From positions 26,290,001-26,354,000 of the forward strand of contig NC_058368.1 in NCBI RefSeq assembly GCF_018350175.1: DNA of 64,000 nucleotides. Reading direction: 5' to 3'. How positions within the stretch are numbered: the first letter of the stretch is position 1; every line of letters starts with the position of its first letter. This DNA is from Felis catus. Taxonomy: Eukaryota. The notes beneath the pieces are model-generated. The model saw only the letters and a list, made by a program, of their open reading frames with translations. It was not told the origin of the DNA and did no database searches. Positions 49,741 to 62,263 of this stretch are shown in pieces. Position numbers and translations under genes: made by a program.

Positions 49741-50139
49741 GTTTCATCTCCCATGTTAACTCACTTTTCAACAGTTTTGTTGTAGAAGAAAGTAATTTCT
49801 CTGCAAGATTCTCATGGTTTCATGAAACGATCCAAACCAAGACTCAGAAAAGAGCTATCATTGCCTATCTAGTGCTTGAACTTTGTAGGCAGATGATTCT
49901 ATCATTTGTTTATACGTTCAGACAGAAAAAGATTGAGTTTTTATTGGAAAGTGAAAAGTGCTCCAAAGTAATCCTTGAAGAAACTAGTTTAGGGGGCTAC
50001 AAAATGGTATGTAATACCTATTACTGCATTGCTATTAAATGCACCATAGCTCCTCTTAAATGCACTGTGTATTGTAATTCTGATCTTAGTAAATCTTCTC
50101 CACACACAGAGGACAAGATACCAAAGCACAGGTGATCTC

Positions 50140-50555
50140 CTGCATCATATATCGCTTACTGCATGTTCCTGTGATGCTCCACGATAGCTTGACCTTGTTA
50201 GGACTCTTGAATATCAGACGAGCATTTCTCTTACTGTCCTCTCCATTTGAAAAGCTGTTCCATGACTAATTCCTTCATTTCTTTCTGGTCTTTACTCAAA
50301 ATACACTTCCTCAGGGAGGCCTTCCTTGACAACTTTGTCTGAGGTTTTACCCTGTGATAGTGCATATCCCTGCTTCCGCTCTGCGGTTTGTCTCCTGGGC
50401 ACCATCACTAACCCACATGCTGTGCAGTTGCTTCTCATGTTACTTTTTTAACCCCATCTGAATGTAGGTTCCATGAGGGCGGGGATTTTGTTCACTGCTA
50501 AATCCCCAGTGCCTGGCCCAGAACAGGTGCTCAATATATAGATTTGTTGGATTTT
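50140..50555 (+). mobile_element. L2 3' fragment
   Basis: CTTCCTCAGGGAGGCCTTCCTTGAC...GAATGTAGGTTCCATGAGGGCGGGGA...CCCCAGTGCCTGGCCCAGAACAGGTGCTCAATA. Confidence 0.85.
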
Positions 50556-50652
50556 CTTCACTTTTTCAACTATTTCCATATTCCAGTGAAAACCAGTTTT
50601 TCAAGATTCTGAAGATTATAAAAACGTGATGGTATCTATTATGTTAATATTG

Positions 50653-50683
<31 letters not shown>

Positions 50684-50689
50684 GCTTTT

Positions 50690-50905
50690 CTTAGTGGTGA
50701 TGAGTCTGGCCTCAATCAAGTAACTCAATCACACAACTCCTTTTCGCCTCAGTTTCCTCATTGTGTAAATGAGAATGGTAATTGTTCCTTGATGAGAGAG
50801 CTGTTGAGATCAAATGAGTTTACATGTAATGGGTTTGAAATAGAGACTGACGCGTCCTAAGTGTGATTAAGTGTTTGCTGCCCTTATCATCATTATGATT
50901 ATTAT
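50690..50905 (+). mobile_element. MIR relic
   Basis: GCCTCAGTTTCCTCATTGTGTAAATGAGAATGGTAAT. Confidence 0.75.
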
Positions 50906-51268
50906 TACTGTTCATTTTCCTTCATTCAGTAACACCATATTGAACATGCACCGTAGACTAGGTTGTGACCTCGGTGCTTGGGACACACTGGTCAATAAAA
51001 CAGTGAGTCCCCCGCCTTCTTCAGCCTTCTAGTGCAGAGATGCAGACAATAACCAGAGTAACTAAATGGGGATGACACTTTGAACACTTTCAGGCTAGGG
51101 GAGTGGAAGCGCACAGGGATTTCAGTGGTGTTGGTCATCATCGTAGTTTGGTGCTGGGTTTGTGGGTGTCTGTTCTACTGTTACACTTCACAAACGTTAT
51201 GTATTTTATATGCTTTTAATACTTCATTTTAAGAAATCTTTTCTGTTCCAAGCATAGTAAAGCCTTGT

Positions 51269-51446
51269 GGGGCGCCTGGGTGGCTCAGTTGGTTGAGTGT
51301 CCGACTCTTGAGTTCGGCTCAGGTCATGGTCCCAGGGTCGTGGGATCGAGCCCCATGTCAGGCTCTGTGCTGAATGTGGAGCCTGCTTGAGATTTTCTCT
51401 CCCTCTCTCTCTGCCCCCCCCCTCAAAAAAATATAAGTAAATAAAG
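51269..51446 (+). mobile_element. CAN-SINE (older pan-carnivore type)
   Basis: GGGGCGCCTGGGTGGCTCAGTTGG...CCCAGGGTCGTGGGATCGAGCCCC. Confidence 0.95.
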
Positions 51447-52104
51447 TGTTGAAACAGGTTAATTACTCATTTAACCTACTTACCCTGATTAGAGAGTTGA
51501 TTTTTAAAAATCCCTTGATGTTAACTTAGTTGGTGCCCCCCTCCATTTATTAAAGGCAAACTTGTTTTTAATTAACCCTGCTTGTACTCCCAGTGTCTAT
51601 TTGAAATATTTAGTTTTATGGAATTTGTGCAGAATTATCCTAACTTGGGGTAGATGATAGGAATTATGCTTTGTCACCGACACCATTTTCATGACTTTTG
51701 CAAAGCATTCTTGTTTCATTCGAAATAATATCACTGAATTTTAAAAATATTTGTAGTATTTGTGTAATGGGATTAAGGATTTCATTTTCTACATGAGACT
51801 GACCTAGAAGAATTGCTTTGTGTTTTAACTTCGCCTTCAAAACAATTACAAGCTGTTCAAATTAAAGCATATTCAATTAACACTATTTCTTTTTAGTAGA
51901 AACACGAGTGTAATAGTCTGATAAATCGGTATATTTAAGATATAAATTATCCTATAGTGTCTGACCATAATGACTATAAGGAACCTTTACTGCTTTCAGG
52001 ACAGGTGTTTTCACTGCATGAACCATGCAGTTCTGGGGTGTCTAGGAACCGCCCACCTTTTGGTTCCATTTGGTAGTGGAGTCGTGTTCTATATACAGCA
52101 GCAT

Positions 52105-52285
52105 CCGCTGATTGGAGTTTGGAGCCTGTCTGTTTAAGCGTGGTGTTACCTTGGGCAAGTTGTTAGGCCACCCTAAGCCTCAGTGTTTTTGCTTTTTCTT
52201 TAAATGAAGAGAATAAGGGTACCCACTACCGCAGAGTAGTTGTGAGGCTCAAATAAGAAAATGTACTTATAACCAGTTGATTGAG
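52105..52285 (+). mobile_element. MIR relic
   Basis: TTACCTTGGGCAAGTTG...AAGCCTCAG...GTTGTGAGGCTCAAATAAG. Confidence 0.75.
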
Positions 52286-53419
52286 AAGTCTCAGCTTCCC
52301 AGGTATGATTATGCAACAGTTTTATCTTTCTAATAATTGTACCAACTTTCCCCTTGGCAAGCCCCTCCTTTTTGCCGTTTAGTGGGGCCGGTTCACAGTA
52401 TCTCACTTTGGTTTTATAACTAAAGTTACTTTTCTAACTTACTGTTTAAGTAACTTTTGGTTCTTAAGACTTAGTTCTATTATTCGGTGACTCTCTATCC
52501 TACTTGCTTCAAAGCTGTCCACTTCTGCCAAGTCAGGCTAATAAGCTTGAGTCTCTAGCAGTTTGGAATGGAGATGGGGGTAGGGGGCTGGTCTGTTCCC
52601 ATATCTATCTGCCCCTTCCCCCTTCCCTGAGCGAGCTCCCCTCGTGTGGGGCTGGGATGACAGGAGAGGGAGAAGACAGGTGTCCTTACCTCAGACCTTG
52701 CAGGGCTCTCCTTGGTCAGCCTTAATGGCTATTGTGTTTGCGATCTGTGGGCTTGCTGTGGACATGTGGTGACCCCCACAGGCTCCACAGGTAAGAGTGC
52801 TCCCAAGTGTCTCACCTAGTTCTTGCCAGTCCCTTCGGAGACTGGCTTCATCTGCCACTTGCTCTCCAACTGGTGGCTTTACACTGTGATCTTCTGGAAC
52901 TCCCTCTGTTAACTCTTTACTCAAGTGTCTTAACCCACTGGGGAGAGTAAACATGTAACAATTTGGTTTTATTTCTTCAAATAACTGCTACTCATTGTGT
53001 CTTGTTGAATCTCCCTTTCACACTGGTGCCAGGCTTCCTTATCAGTACACTGATATCACTCGGTACATGTTGGTTATTTAAACACAGTTTTCTAAAACCT
53101 AGCTCTTCACATTTGGAAACTTGACTCTGATGTTAGAATCAACGTTCTCTTCTCGGTCCACCTCCCACCCCCGAAAGGAAAAGAAAGCTTAGTCTGGGTC
53201 CTGGCACCTTTTTCGGGGGGTAGTGTTTGGCTCTCGCATCCTTCCCTTCCTCTTCTCAGTAAGTAGTGCACCAGCTTTGGGGGTTAGGGAGCTCAAGAGA
53301 GGCAGAAGGCTGTGTATCAGCTGCTGCCGGGTCCCCTTCTCTGTGTTGGTTGCAGCTGCTTTTCTGTCTCTCTGGCTGACGGTTGGCTCTACCTGTGAGG
53401 CAGCCGTTCACACGCAAGC

Positions 53420-54897
53420 TCTCTCATGAGACGTGTTTGGTGGTTCTCGTTGGAGAGCTGACCTGATCTCTTCATTCCCAGCTCCCTCCACAGCCAAACT
53501 ACCTTCACCTTCTTGCTTCCGGGTCTCTTCATCCAACAGGATGCCCTTCCTGGACAAGGTCTTGCCAAATGGCTCCAGCCTCGCTGTCTTCTGTGGTATC
53601 CATGAGGCCCACAGAAAACCCAGGTGTCTGCCATATCAAATGGCTGCCCCAACAGTGTGTGGCCTCTCTGTCCCGCCCTCTTAGCCATATCCATTCCTGA
53701 AGTAATCTCATCCACTTCCACAGCTCCTCACTGCCCCCCCCCCCAACAACTTCCAAATATTTACTCAAGCCAGATCTTACTGAAATTCCAAAGCCATATT
53801 TTCCACTGCCTGGGATGTCCCATCAGTGTCATTTTCCAGAACTTGCCGTCTAACCACTGTGTCATCCTGGTGAATGTTATTACCTTTCACCCATTCACAT
53901 AATCCAGAAGCCTGGGAGCCCTCCCGCCTCCCTTACCTCCTGCAATCCAGTCCTTCTGTTCCATTTCCCAACGTTTATTTATTTTTTTGGGGGGGGACAG
54001 AGAGAGACAGAGCATGAACGGGGGAGGGGCAGAGAGAGAGGGAGACACAGAATTGGAAACAGGCTCCAGGCTCTGAGCCATCAGCCCAGAGCCTGACGCG
54101 GGGCTCGAACTCACGGACCGCGAGATCGTGACCTGGCTGAAGTCGGACGCTTAACTGACTGCGCCACCCAGGCGCCCCTGTTCCATCTCCCAAATATCTT
54201 TTGCATTCATACCCTCTTCTCTCTATCTGCCCCTGTGGGTTTGGCCCTCATGATTCCTATTCTTTCACTGCAAGTCCCATCTCCTTTCGTCTTGTACGCT
54301 GTGGTCTGGGGCGTGGGGTGGGGGGTGGGGGGGCAAGTGGTGTCTTGCTGAAACCCACATCCCAGTGTATCACTTGCCTGCTGAAAATCCTCTTGTGTGG
54401 ACCCCATGCCCTTGGACTGAAGACCAGTCTCCACCTGGTGGCCTGTGAGGCTCCCCGAGCTGTCTTCAACTTTTCTCTCTGCTTCCCTCTACCCTTCCCA
54501 CCACTACCTCCCAGCTTCCTACTCCCTCACCACCCTCAGCTACCCATAGGTGTTCCGCTCGGCCTGCTGCTTTATCACCCTGGTTTTGCCTGACCATTCC
54601 CTTTTCGGAGCGTTCTCATTTTCTTTGTACCTTGTGGTCTGACTGCACGACTCCTACTCGCGTTTCAAGGCCCAGAGGCAGAGTCTTCTGCTCTCTGAAA
54701 CACCCTCTGGCTCCTCTCTGCCAACCCCCATTCTCCGTATAAACCCGGGTATCTTCCCACCGCCAACTACCCCCTGGTCACTGACAGCAGGGACCGTGAC
54801 CTATTCATCCTGGTAATTTTAGTGCCAGGCCCAAAGTTCCTGGCCTCTTATGGGTGCTTAGTATTGGACAAATACGAATACATGAAGGAAGGAATGC
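53420..54897 (+). mobile_element. Long L2 fragment interrupted by a SINE
   Basis: L2-like blocks (TATTTTCCACTGCCTGGGATGTCC, TAATCCAGAAGCCTGGGAG, CTCCTACTCGCGTTTCAAGGCCCAG) ending in a GAAT-like tail. Confidence 0.75.
53969..54178 (-). mobile_element. Young SINEC_Fc lacking terminal poly(A)
   Basis: TSD CTGTTCCAT(T/C)TCCCAA at 53956-53971 and 54178-54193; body ends at AATAAACGTTG. Confidence 0.96.
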
Positions 54898-56662
54898 CTG
54901 AAGAACTAATGCGTAGACAATTTCTTTACTCTAGTTTGTATCTTAGGTAAGATGTACTATAGCGGCCACTTCTTTTACAGTAGTTGGAAACAAGTCACGT
55001 ATAGTTGTGTATAGTTGTATATAGTGTGTATAGATATAAATATATACAATATATACATAAATAGACATGTATATAAAAGTATATATCCATCTAGAATTCC
55101 TGGTCTGCCTGTCTAGAAAAGAATTGTTGAATCAAAAGTTGGTTCTATGCCTCATCCTACAATTAAGTAGATAAACCCTGGGCAAAACCCAAATGTCTTT
55201 TCAGCTTTCATTTCGAAACCTACAGAACAAGGAACTTAGAACTGTGAGATGTCTAAGGTCCATTTCAACCGTAGAATTCTGAATAGATCAATTAAAGAAA
55301 CCCTCAGGCCCTTTGAAGTCCCGGGGCTAGAGTCCAGAGAGACCATAATATGGAAATGTGTCCTTTGATCAGAGCAGAAGGTACTTATTAAACACTCACT
55401 GTGTCCCCAGCGTACAGAGTTACCTTTCCAATTTGTTAATGCTTACTGAAGACTGTGGTACATTAGAAATTCAGTAGCTGTGTTAATACCCTTGAATTTA
55501 CGTTCACCTTTGTAAATAAAACTGTTCAGTTGAGCTCTGATTGTTTTAGGCTCACCGGAGGACTGACTCTAATGGCCCTAAGTGTTTCTGCTTGCATAGA
55601 ATAATGGTTAATCCACTTCCTACTGGTTCTTCTTTCTATACTGCTTATCATTGTTGACATCTTCTGGAATTTAACATGAAAATGTTGCTTAAAGTAATTA
55701 GTTATTTTTAAAAAGTTAAAAGAAGAGTTTGAAGTATTTATTTTCCATAACTGTGCAAAAGTAAAATAGAAATGGTATTCATTCATTTTTGATGGGAGAC
55801 TTGCATGAGATTCTTGAAATAGAAAATCATAATCAGGACAACTTTGTATTTCTTCAGATGTTTTATATAGAGTATATTATCTGGCTTCTAAATCTGAGAT
55901 GCCCTTTTTTGTCTCTGGCTCCTGGTGTTCAGAATCTTCCAGATTAAGAAAAGTGATAATTTAGGAAGAAATTTGGCTTTGCAGACCTTATTTTCAGAGA
56001 GATAAAAAATAAAAAAAGAATGCTAACCATTTAAGTCCTGTTGCTTAAAGACACTGAGTCTTTTTAGGATATGGGCATTCTTTTGGAATTAGTAGTTATG
56101 TTAAGTAAGGCAAAGAAACAGAGGTATGTGCATGGGAGACTGGAAATTGTCTCTAGAATTGTAACAATAATTTGAAAGCAATCATAAATGCTTAGAGCGA
56201 AAATACACAGAAAAATGTATTTATAGAAAGCCTTATGTGTATAAACACATAAAAGATTATATTTAAATTTATTAGCATTTTATGATTTTTGAAGTTCTCA
56301 CACTTTAAAGCAAGTGTTTTTTTGTTTTTTTTTTTGATCAAGCATTTAAAAAAAAATCTTTTAACACTATGGGATTGTAGAACTGTATGGTATCTTGACT
56401 CTGTGGGATTTAGGAACTCTGTAGTATCAATGTACTTAAATTAGTTCTCTTAGAGATTAATCACCAACAAACTTGACAGCTTTAAGAACAAGGCAAAAGT
56501 ACAGTTTAAAATTCAAACCAAGAAATACATTTGAAACGATTATGGAGAAATTAGTTATAAAATCGGCATTTTAGGTCTCTTCAATGAAAGTGTTCAAGTC
56601 CTTGGATTATATCTTTTTTAATAGCTTTTTTCTTTGCTTTTACTTTAAAATACTTTTAATCA

Positions 56663-56887
56663 GGGGCGCCTGGGTGGTGCAGTCAGTTAAGCGTCCGACT
56701 TCAGCCAGGTCACGATCTCGCGGTCCGTGAGTTCGAGCCCCGCGTCGGGCTCTGGGCTGATGGCTCGGAGCCTGGAGCCTGTTTCCGATTCTGTGTCTCC
56801 CTCTCTCTCTGCCCCTCGCCCGTTCATGCTCTGTCTCTCTGTGTCCCAAAAATAAATAAACGTTGAAAAAAAATTAAAAAAATAAAA
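56663..56887 (+). mobile_element. Young SINEC_Fc
   Basis: Perfect TSD TAAAATACTTTTAATCA at 56646-56662 and 56888-56904. Confidence 0.98.
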
Positions 56888-56909
56888 TAAAATACTTTTA
56901 ATCAAAATA

Positions 56910-57387
56910 ATACATGTACAGGTGTCTAAAATAGTCAAATTCATAGAAACAAAGTAGAATGGTGGCTACTGGGCTTGGAGGGAAAGGGTCAAAGAGGAGT
57001 TGTTTAGTGGGTATAGTTCTAGATGTGCTGGATGAAAGAGTTCTGCTTCACAATGGCGTGACTACACTCAGTGCTACTGAGCTGCTCACTTAAAAATGGT
57101 TACATTGGGGGGCGCCTGGGTGGCGCAGTCGGTTAAGCGTCCGACTTCAGCCAGGTCACGATCTCGCGGTCCGTGAGTTCGAGCCCCGCGTCGGGCTCTG
57201 GGCTGATGGCTTGGAGCCTGGAGCCTGTTTCCAGTTCTGTGTCTCCCTCTCTCTCTGACCCTCCCCCGTTCATGCTCTGTCTCTCTCTGTCCCAAAAATA
57301 AATAAAAAATGTTGAAAAAAAATTTTTTTTTTAAAAAATGGTTACATTGGTAAACTTTATATATTTTTTACCACTATAAAAAAAAAT
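56910..57387 (+). mobile_element. L1 3' end (L1MA/MB-like), plus strand, split by a SINE
   Basis: AATAGTCAAATTCATAGAAACAAAGTAGAATGGTGG...CACTTAAAAATGGTTA...A tail. Confidence 0.85.
57109..57333 (+). mobile_element. Young SINEC_Fc
   Basis: Perfect TSD AAAAATGGTTACATTGG at 57092-57108 and 57334-57350. Confidence 0.98.
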
Positions 57388-57389
57388 AC

Positions 57390-57392
<3 letters not shown>

Positions 57393-57435
<43 letters not shown>
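57393..57435. repeat. (TG)n microsatellite
   Basis: About 21 units. Confidence 0.97.
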
Positions 57436-57438
<3 letters not shown>

Positions 57439-57890
57439 AGCAGTTGTTGGTGTTTTTTTTTTTTTTCATTCTTCCCAGTGTGCTACTAGGAGGCAGTCAC
57501 TTTTCTTTCATTTTCTAAGGATAGTTTATATATAGTAAAGTTTGCCCTTTTAGTACATAGTTCTAGAAGTTTGGACAAATACAAACAGTGGGCATACCAC
57601 CATCAAGAAACAGTTCTGTTACCCACAAAACCTCCCCCTCTTTTACCCCAAAGCTCTGACAACTTCTGTTTTCTGTCCCTATAGTTCTGCCTTTGCTAGA
57701 ATGCATCTAAATGGAATCATATGTTCAGCAGCCTTTTCAGCCTGGCTTCTTTCACTTACTGTAATGTATTTGAGATTCATTTGTGAGGTGAATCAGTAGT
57801 CCAGTTCATTTCACTGCGGATAGTATTTCCTTATATAAGGTATACCATGGTTTGTATAAGTAACTGATTGAAATTTGGGTTGCTTCCAAT

Positions 57891-58119
57891 ATATATAAAA
57901 ATATATATATTTTATATATATATATAAATATATATATATAAATATATATATAAATATATATATATATTTTTTTTTAATTTGAGAGAGAGGGAGGGGGGAG
58001 CAGGATGGGGTGGGGCAGAGAGAAAGAGAGAGCACTTGTGAAAGAGAGAATCTAAAGTGGGGTTTTGATCCCATGACCCTGGGATCATGACCTGAGCCCA
58101 ACCCAAGAGATGGCACCTC
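57891..58119 (-). mobile_element. Rearranged CAN-SINE whose tail became an (AT)n array (57891-57967)
   Basis: TSD TGGGTTGCTTCCAAT at 57876-57890 and 58120-58134. Confidence 0.88.
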
Positions 58120-58706
58120 TGGGTTGCTTCCAATTTTGAGGGATTATGATAAAACCACTCAAAATGTTCACTTGCAGATTTTTGTGAGAGCATAAGTTTT
58201 CCTTTCACTTAATAACTTGGGTTGGGATTATTGGATTTTATGGAAAGTGTGTGGCTTAATAAGTAACTGCTAAACTGTTTTTGCATAATGGTTGTAACAT
58301 TTGGCATTCCTGCCACCAATATATGAGCATTCCAGTTGTTCTGCTGTCTCATCGACAGTTGGTATTTTAGGTTTAATTTTTTTTTTTAATTTTAGCCATT
58401 CTAATAGGTGTGCAGTAGTGTCTCATTATGGTTTGAAATTGCATTTCTGTAATGATTAATGATGTTTAGTATTTTTCCCATGTGCTTATTTACTATTCAT
58501 ATATCTTCTTTGATGAAGTATCGTTTGCCTTTTTTTAAAATTAGGTTCTCTTGTTTTGCGAGTTCTTTACATATTCTAGATATAGATCTTTTGTTACGTA
58601 TGTGACTTGCGATATTTAATTCCAGTCTGTAGTTTCTCTTTTCATTCTTACAGCAGTGTCTTTCAAAAAACAAATTCTTCATTTTGATAAAGTCCAGCTT
58701 ATTGTT

Positions 58707-58827
58707 GGGGCACCTGGGTGGCTCAGTTGGTTAAGATCCGACTTTGGCTCAGGTCATGATCTCACGCTTTGTGAGTTAGAGCCCTGTGTGGGGCTCTGTG
58801 TGAACAGCTCAGAGCCTGGAGCTTTTT
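58707..58827 (+). mobile_element. 3'-truncated CAN-SINE
   Basis: tRNA-derived half only; TSD AAGTCCAG(C/T)TTATTGTT at 58690-58706 and 58828-58844. Confidence 0.92.
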
Positions 58828-61349
58828 AAGTCCAGTTTATTGTTTGTTTGTTTTCTTTATTCTTTCATGGAGTGTATTTTTGGTGTTCTATCTAAGAAAT
58901 CTTTACCTAATTCAGGGTTCCAAAGATTTCTCCTTTTTTTTTTTTTTTTTTTTTTTTTACAGAAAGTTTTGGATTTTACATTTAGGTCTATGGTCCATTT
59001 TAAGTTAATGTTTCATTTGGTGGGAGAAATGGATCAAGTTGGGGTTTTTTTTGCTATGTTTTTATTTTGTATATGGCTATGTAGTTGTTTTAGCATTACT
59101 TATTGAAAAGATTGTCTTTCTGTGTTGAATCACCTTTACATCTTTGTTGAAAATCAATTTGCTACATATGTGTGGCTCTATTTCTGACCTCTCTGTTCTG
59201 TTCTATTGCTTTGTACCTCTGTTCTTTCACCAATACCATGCCATCTTAATTAGAGTAGCTTCACAGAAAGTTTTGAGATAAGGTAGTGCAGTCTTTCAGC
59301 TTTGTTCTTCTAAAGTTGTTTTGGTTATTCCAATTCCTTTGTGTTTACATGTACATTTTAGAATCACTTTGTCGCTTTCCACAAAAGGTCTTGATGGAAT
59401 TTTGATTAGGATCACACTGAATCTATACATTAGTTAAGGGGAGGAGGGATTAACATAATAATTGACTCTTTCAATCCATGAACATGGTACATCTAACCTT
59501 ATTATTTGGTTCTCTTTTATCAGTGTTTTGTAGTTTTTCAGCGTAAAGATCTTGTATATATTTGGTTGGATTTATACCTATTTCATTTGTTTTTTATGTT
59601 ATTGTAAATGGAACTTTGTAAAATTTAAGTTTTACTTGTTCATGCTAATATATAGAAATATAATTGATTTTTCTATATTGAACTTATATTCTGTGACCCT
59701 GTTAAACATGCTTCTTGTTAGTTCTAGTAACTTATTTTTGGATTCTTTGGGATTTTGTACATAGTCATGTGAATACAGATACTCTTTCTTCTTTCCAATT
59801 TGGATGCTATTTATATATTAATTTTTGCCTTATTGCCTGACTATTACTTTCAGTATCAGATTGAATAGGAGTGATGAGAGTGGACATGCCTTGTTTCCAA
59901 TCTTAGGGAGAAGTGTTTATTGTTTTACCATTAAGTATGATGTAAGCTGAGTGTGTTTTATAGATAGACGTCCTTTATCAGGTTGAGGAAAATCTCTTCA
60001 ATTCCTATTCTGTTAAAAGTTTGTTTTGTTTTGTTTTGTTTTTTTAAATCATGAATGGATATTGAATTTTGTCAGTTGTTCTTTCTGCATCTATTGAGAT
60101 GATCCTATGGTTTTTCTTTATTGATAGGGTGAATCACATTGACTGATTTTCACATGTTTACCTTACATTCTTAGGATAAATGCCATTTGGTTAAGATGTA
60201 TTTATTATCCTTTGTATGTCTAGTTGGATTCATTCTGCTAAAATTTTGTTAAGAATTTTTACATCTATGTTTATTGGTCTGTGGTTTTCCTTTTATGTGT
60301 TTAGATTTTTATGATGTCTTTATCTGGTTTTACTATTAGGGAAATGCTGGTCTCCTAGAATAGGCTGGGAAGTGTTTTCTCCTCTTCAGTTTTCTGGAAG
60401 AGTTTGTGTAGAATGGGTATTATTTCTTCCTCAAATGTTTAGTAGGATTCACCAGTGAATCTATCTGTGCTTAAGGGTTTTTTGTGTAGGAAGATTTTGA
60501 ACTACAAGTTAATTTTTAAAATAGACACAGAGCTATTTATGTTACCTGTTCTTCCTCAAGTGAGTTTTGATAGTATCTTTCTAGGAATTTGGCCATTTCT
60601 TCTAAGTTGTTAAATTTATTGAAATAAATTTGATATGCCATGTTTTTGTCATTCAGTTCAAAATATTTCCTAATTTCTCTTTTGATTGCTTATTTGACCC
60701 ATGAGTTAGATATATGTTGTTGTATTTCCAAATATTTGGAGGTTTTCCAGATAATTTTCTGTAGTTGATTTCTATTTTAATAACACTGCTCAGAGAATTT
60801 ACATGGTATAATGTGACTCCTTTTAAATTAATTAAAACTTGATTTATGGCTCAGAATATACTCTATGTTGGAAAAAAATCCATGTGTGCTTGAAAAGCAT
60901 GTGTATTCTCTTGTTATTGGATGGAATGTTCTACAAAAATAAATTAGGTCAAGTGGTTGGCAGTGTTATTTAAGCGTTCTATATCTTTACTTATTTTCTG
61001 CTTATGTTTTTTTCCAATTATTGAGAGGTTATTGAAAACTCCAACTTTAATTCTTTAATTGTGGATTTTTCTATATCTTCATGCAATTCTATCAATTTTT
61101 GCTTCGTGTATTTTAAAGCTTTGCTGTCACTGTGTGAACATTTAAGATTTTTATGACCTCTTGATGAATTGGCCCTTTATTCATTATGAAATGATCTTTG
61201 CTCTTCAGTGTACTTTGAATAATATAGCCTTCAGCATTCTTCTGATTATTGTTAACATACAATATCACCTTTCATCCTCTTATTTTACCTATTTGTGCAT
61301 TTATACTTAAAATATGTCTCTTACAGGCAGCATATAGTTTTGTCTTGCC

Positions 61350-61547
61350 TTTTTTTTTTTTTTTTTTTTTTAAAGTTGATTTAGTTTTGAGAGAGAGCTA
61401 GAGGGAGAGGGGCAGAGAGAGAAGGAGACAGGATCCCAAGCGGGCTCTGTGCTGAGAGGGCTCTGAGAGCCGGATACCTCAGGAACCATGAGATCATGAC
61501 CTGAGCTGACGTCTAATTCTTAACCCACTGAGCCACCCAGGCGCCCC
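61350..61547 (-). mobile_element. CAN-SINE
   Basis: TSD TCTTGCCTTT. Confidence 0.93.
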
Positions 61548-61595
61548 CTCTTGCCTTTAAAAAAAAAAAAAAAAATTCAATCTGACAACCTCTAC

Positions 61596-61821
61596 CTTTT
61601 TTTTTTTTTTTGATTTGATTTTTTAATGTTTATTTATTTTTGAGAGAGAGAGAGTGTGAGCAGGGGAGGGACAGAGAGAGAGGGAATCACAGAATCCAAA
61701 GCAAGCTCCAGGCTGCGAGCTGTCAGCACAGAGCCCGAGGTAGGGCTGGAACTCATGAACCTAGAGATCATGACCTGAGCTGAAGCTGGATGTTTAACCC
61801 CCTGAGCTACCCAGGCACCCC
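61596..61821 (-). mobile_element. CAN-SINE
   Basis: TSD GAC(A/C)ACCTCTACC. Confidence 0.95.
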
Positions 61822-62263
61822 GACCACCTCTACCATTTAATTAAGGTGTTTAATTGGGACCATCTACATTTAATGTGATTATTGCTATAGTTGGTATAAG
61901 TCTACTATCTTTGTAATTGGTTTTTATTCCGTTCTTTATTCCCCTTTTCTTCTTATTCTATCTTCTTTTAGATTGTATATTTTCTTATGATTCCACTTCA
62001 TCACCTTTATTGGCTCATTAGCTATGACTCTTTATATTGTAATTTCAGTTGTTATTTTAGAGTTCTTAGTATGTATCTCATAATAGTGTATTTTCAAGTA
62101 ACGTAAGAACCTAATGCAGTACGCTGCTTCTCTCCTCCTGGCCTGCGTACTATTTTTGTCTTACATTTTACTTCTACATATGTTGTTGGCCACCCGCCTC
62201 CCAATACACTGTTCTTATTTCTGCCTTAAACATTTAGTCATATTTTTTCAATTTTAATTTTTT

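Noticed and set aside
22337..57295. Recurrent ORFs such as MGQRETEHERGRGRERGRHRIG... and ...GAPGWRSRLSVRLQPGHDLAV... that look like a protein family
   Set aside because: They are translations of SINEC_Fc copies in different frames, not genes
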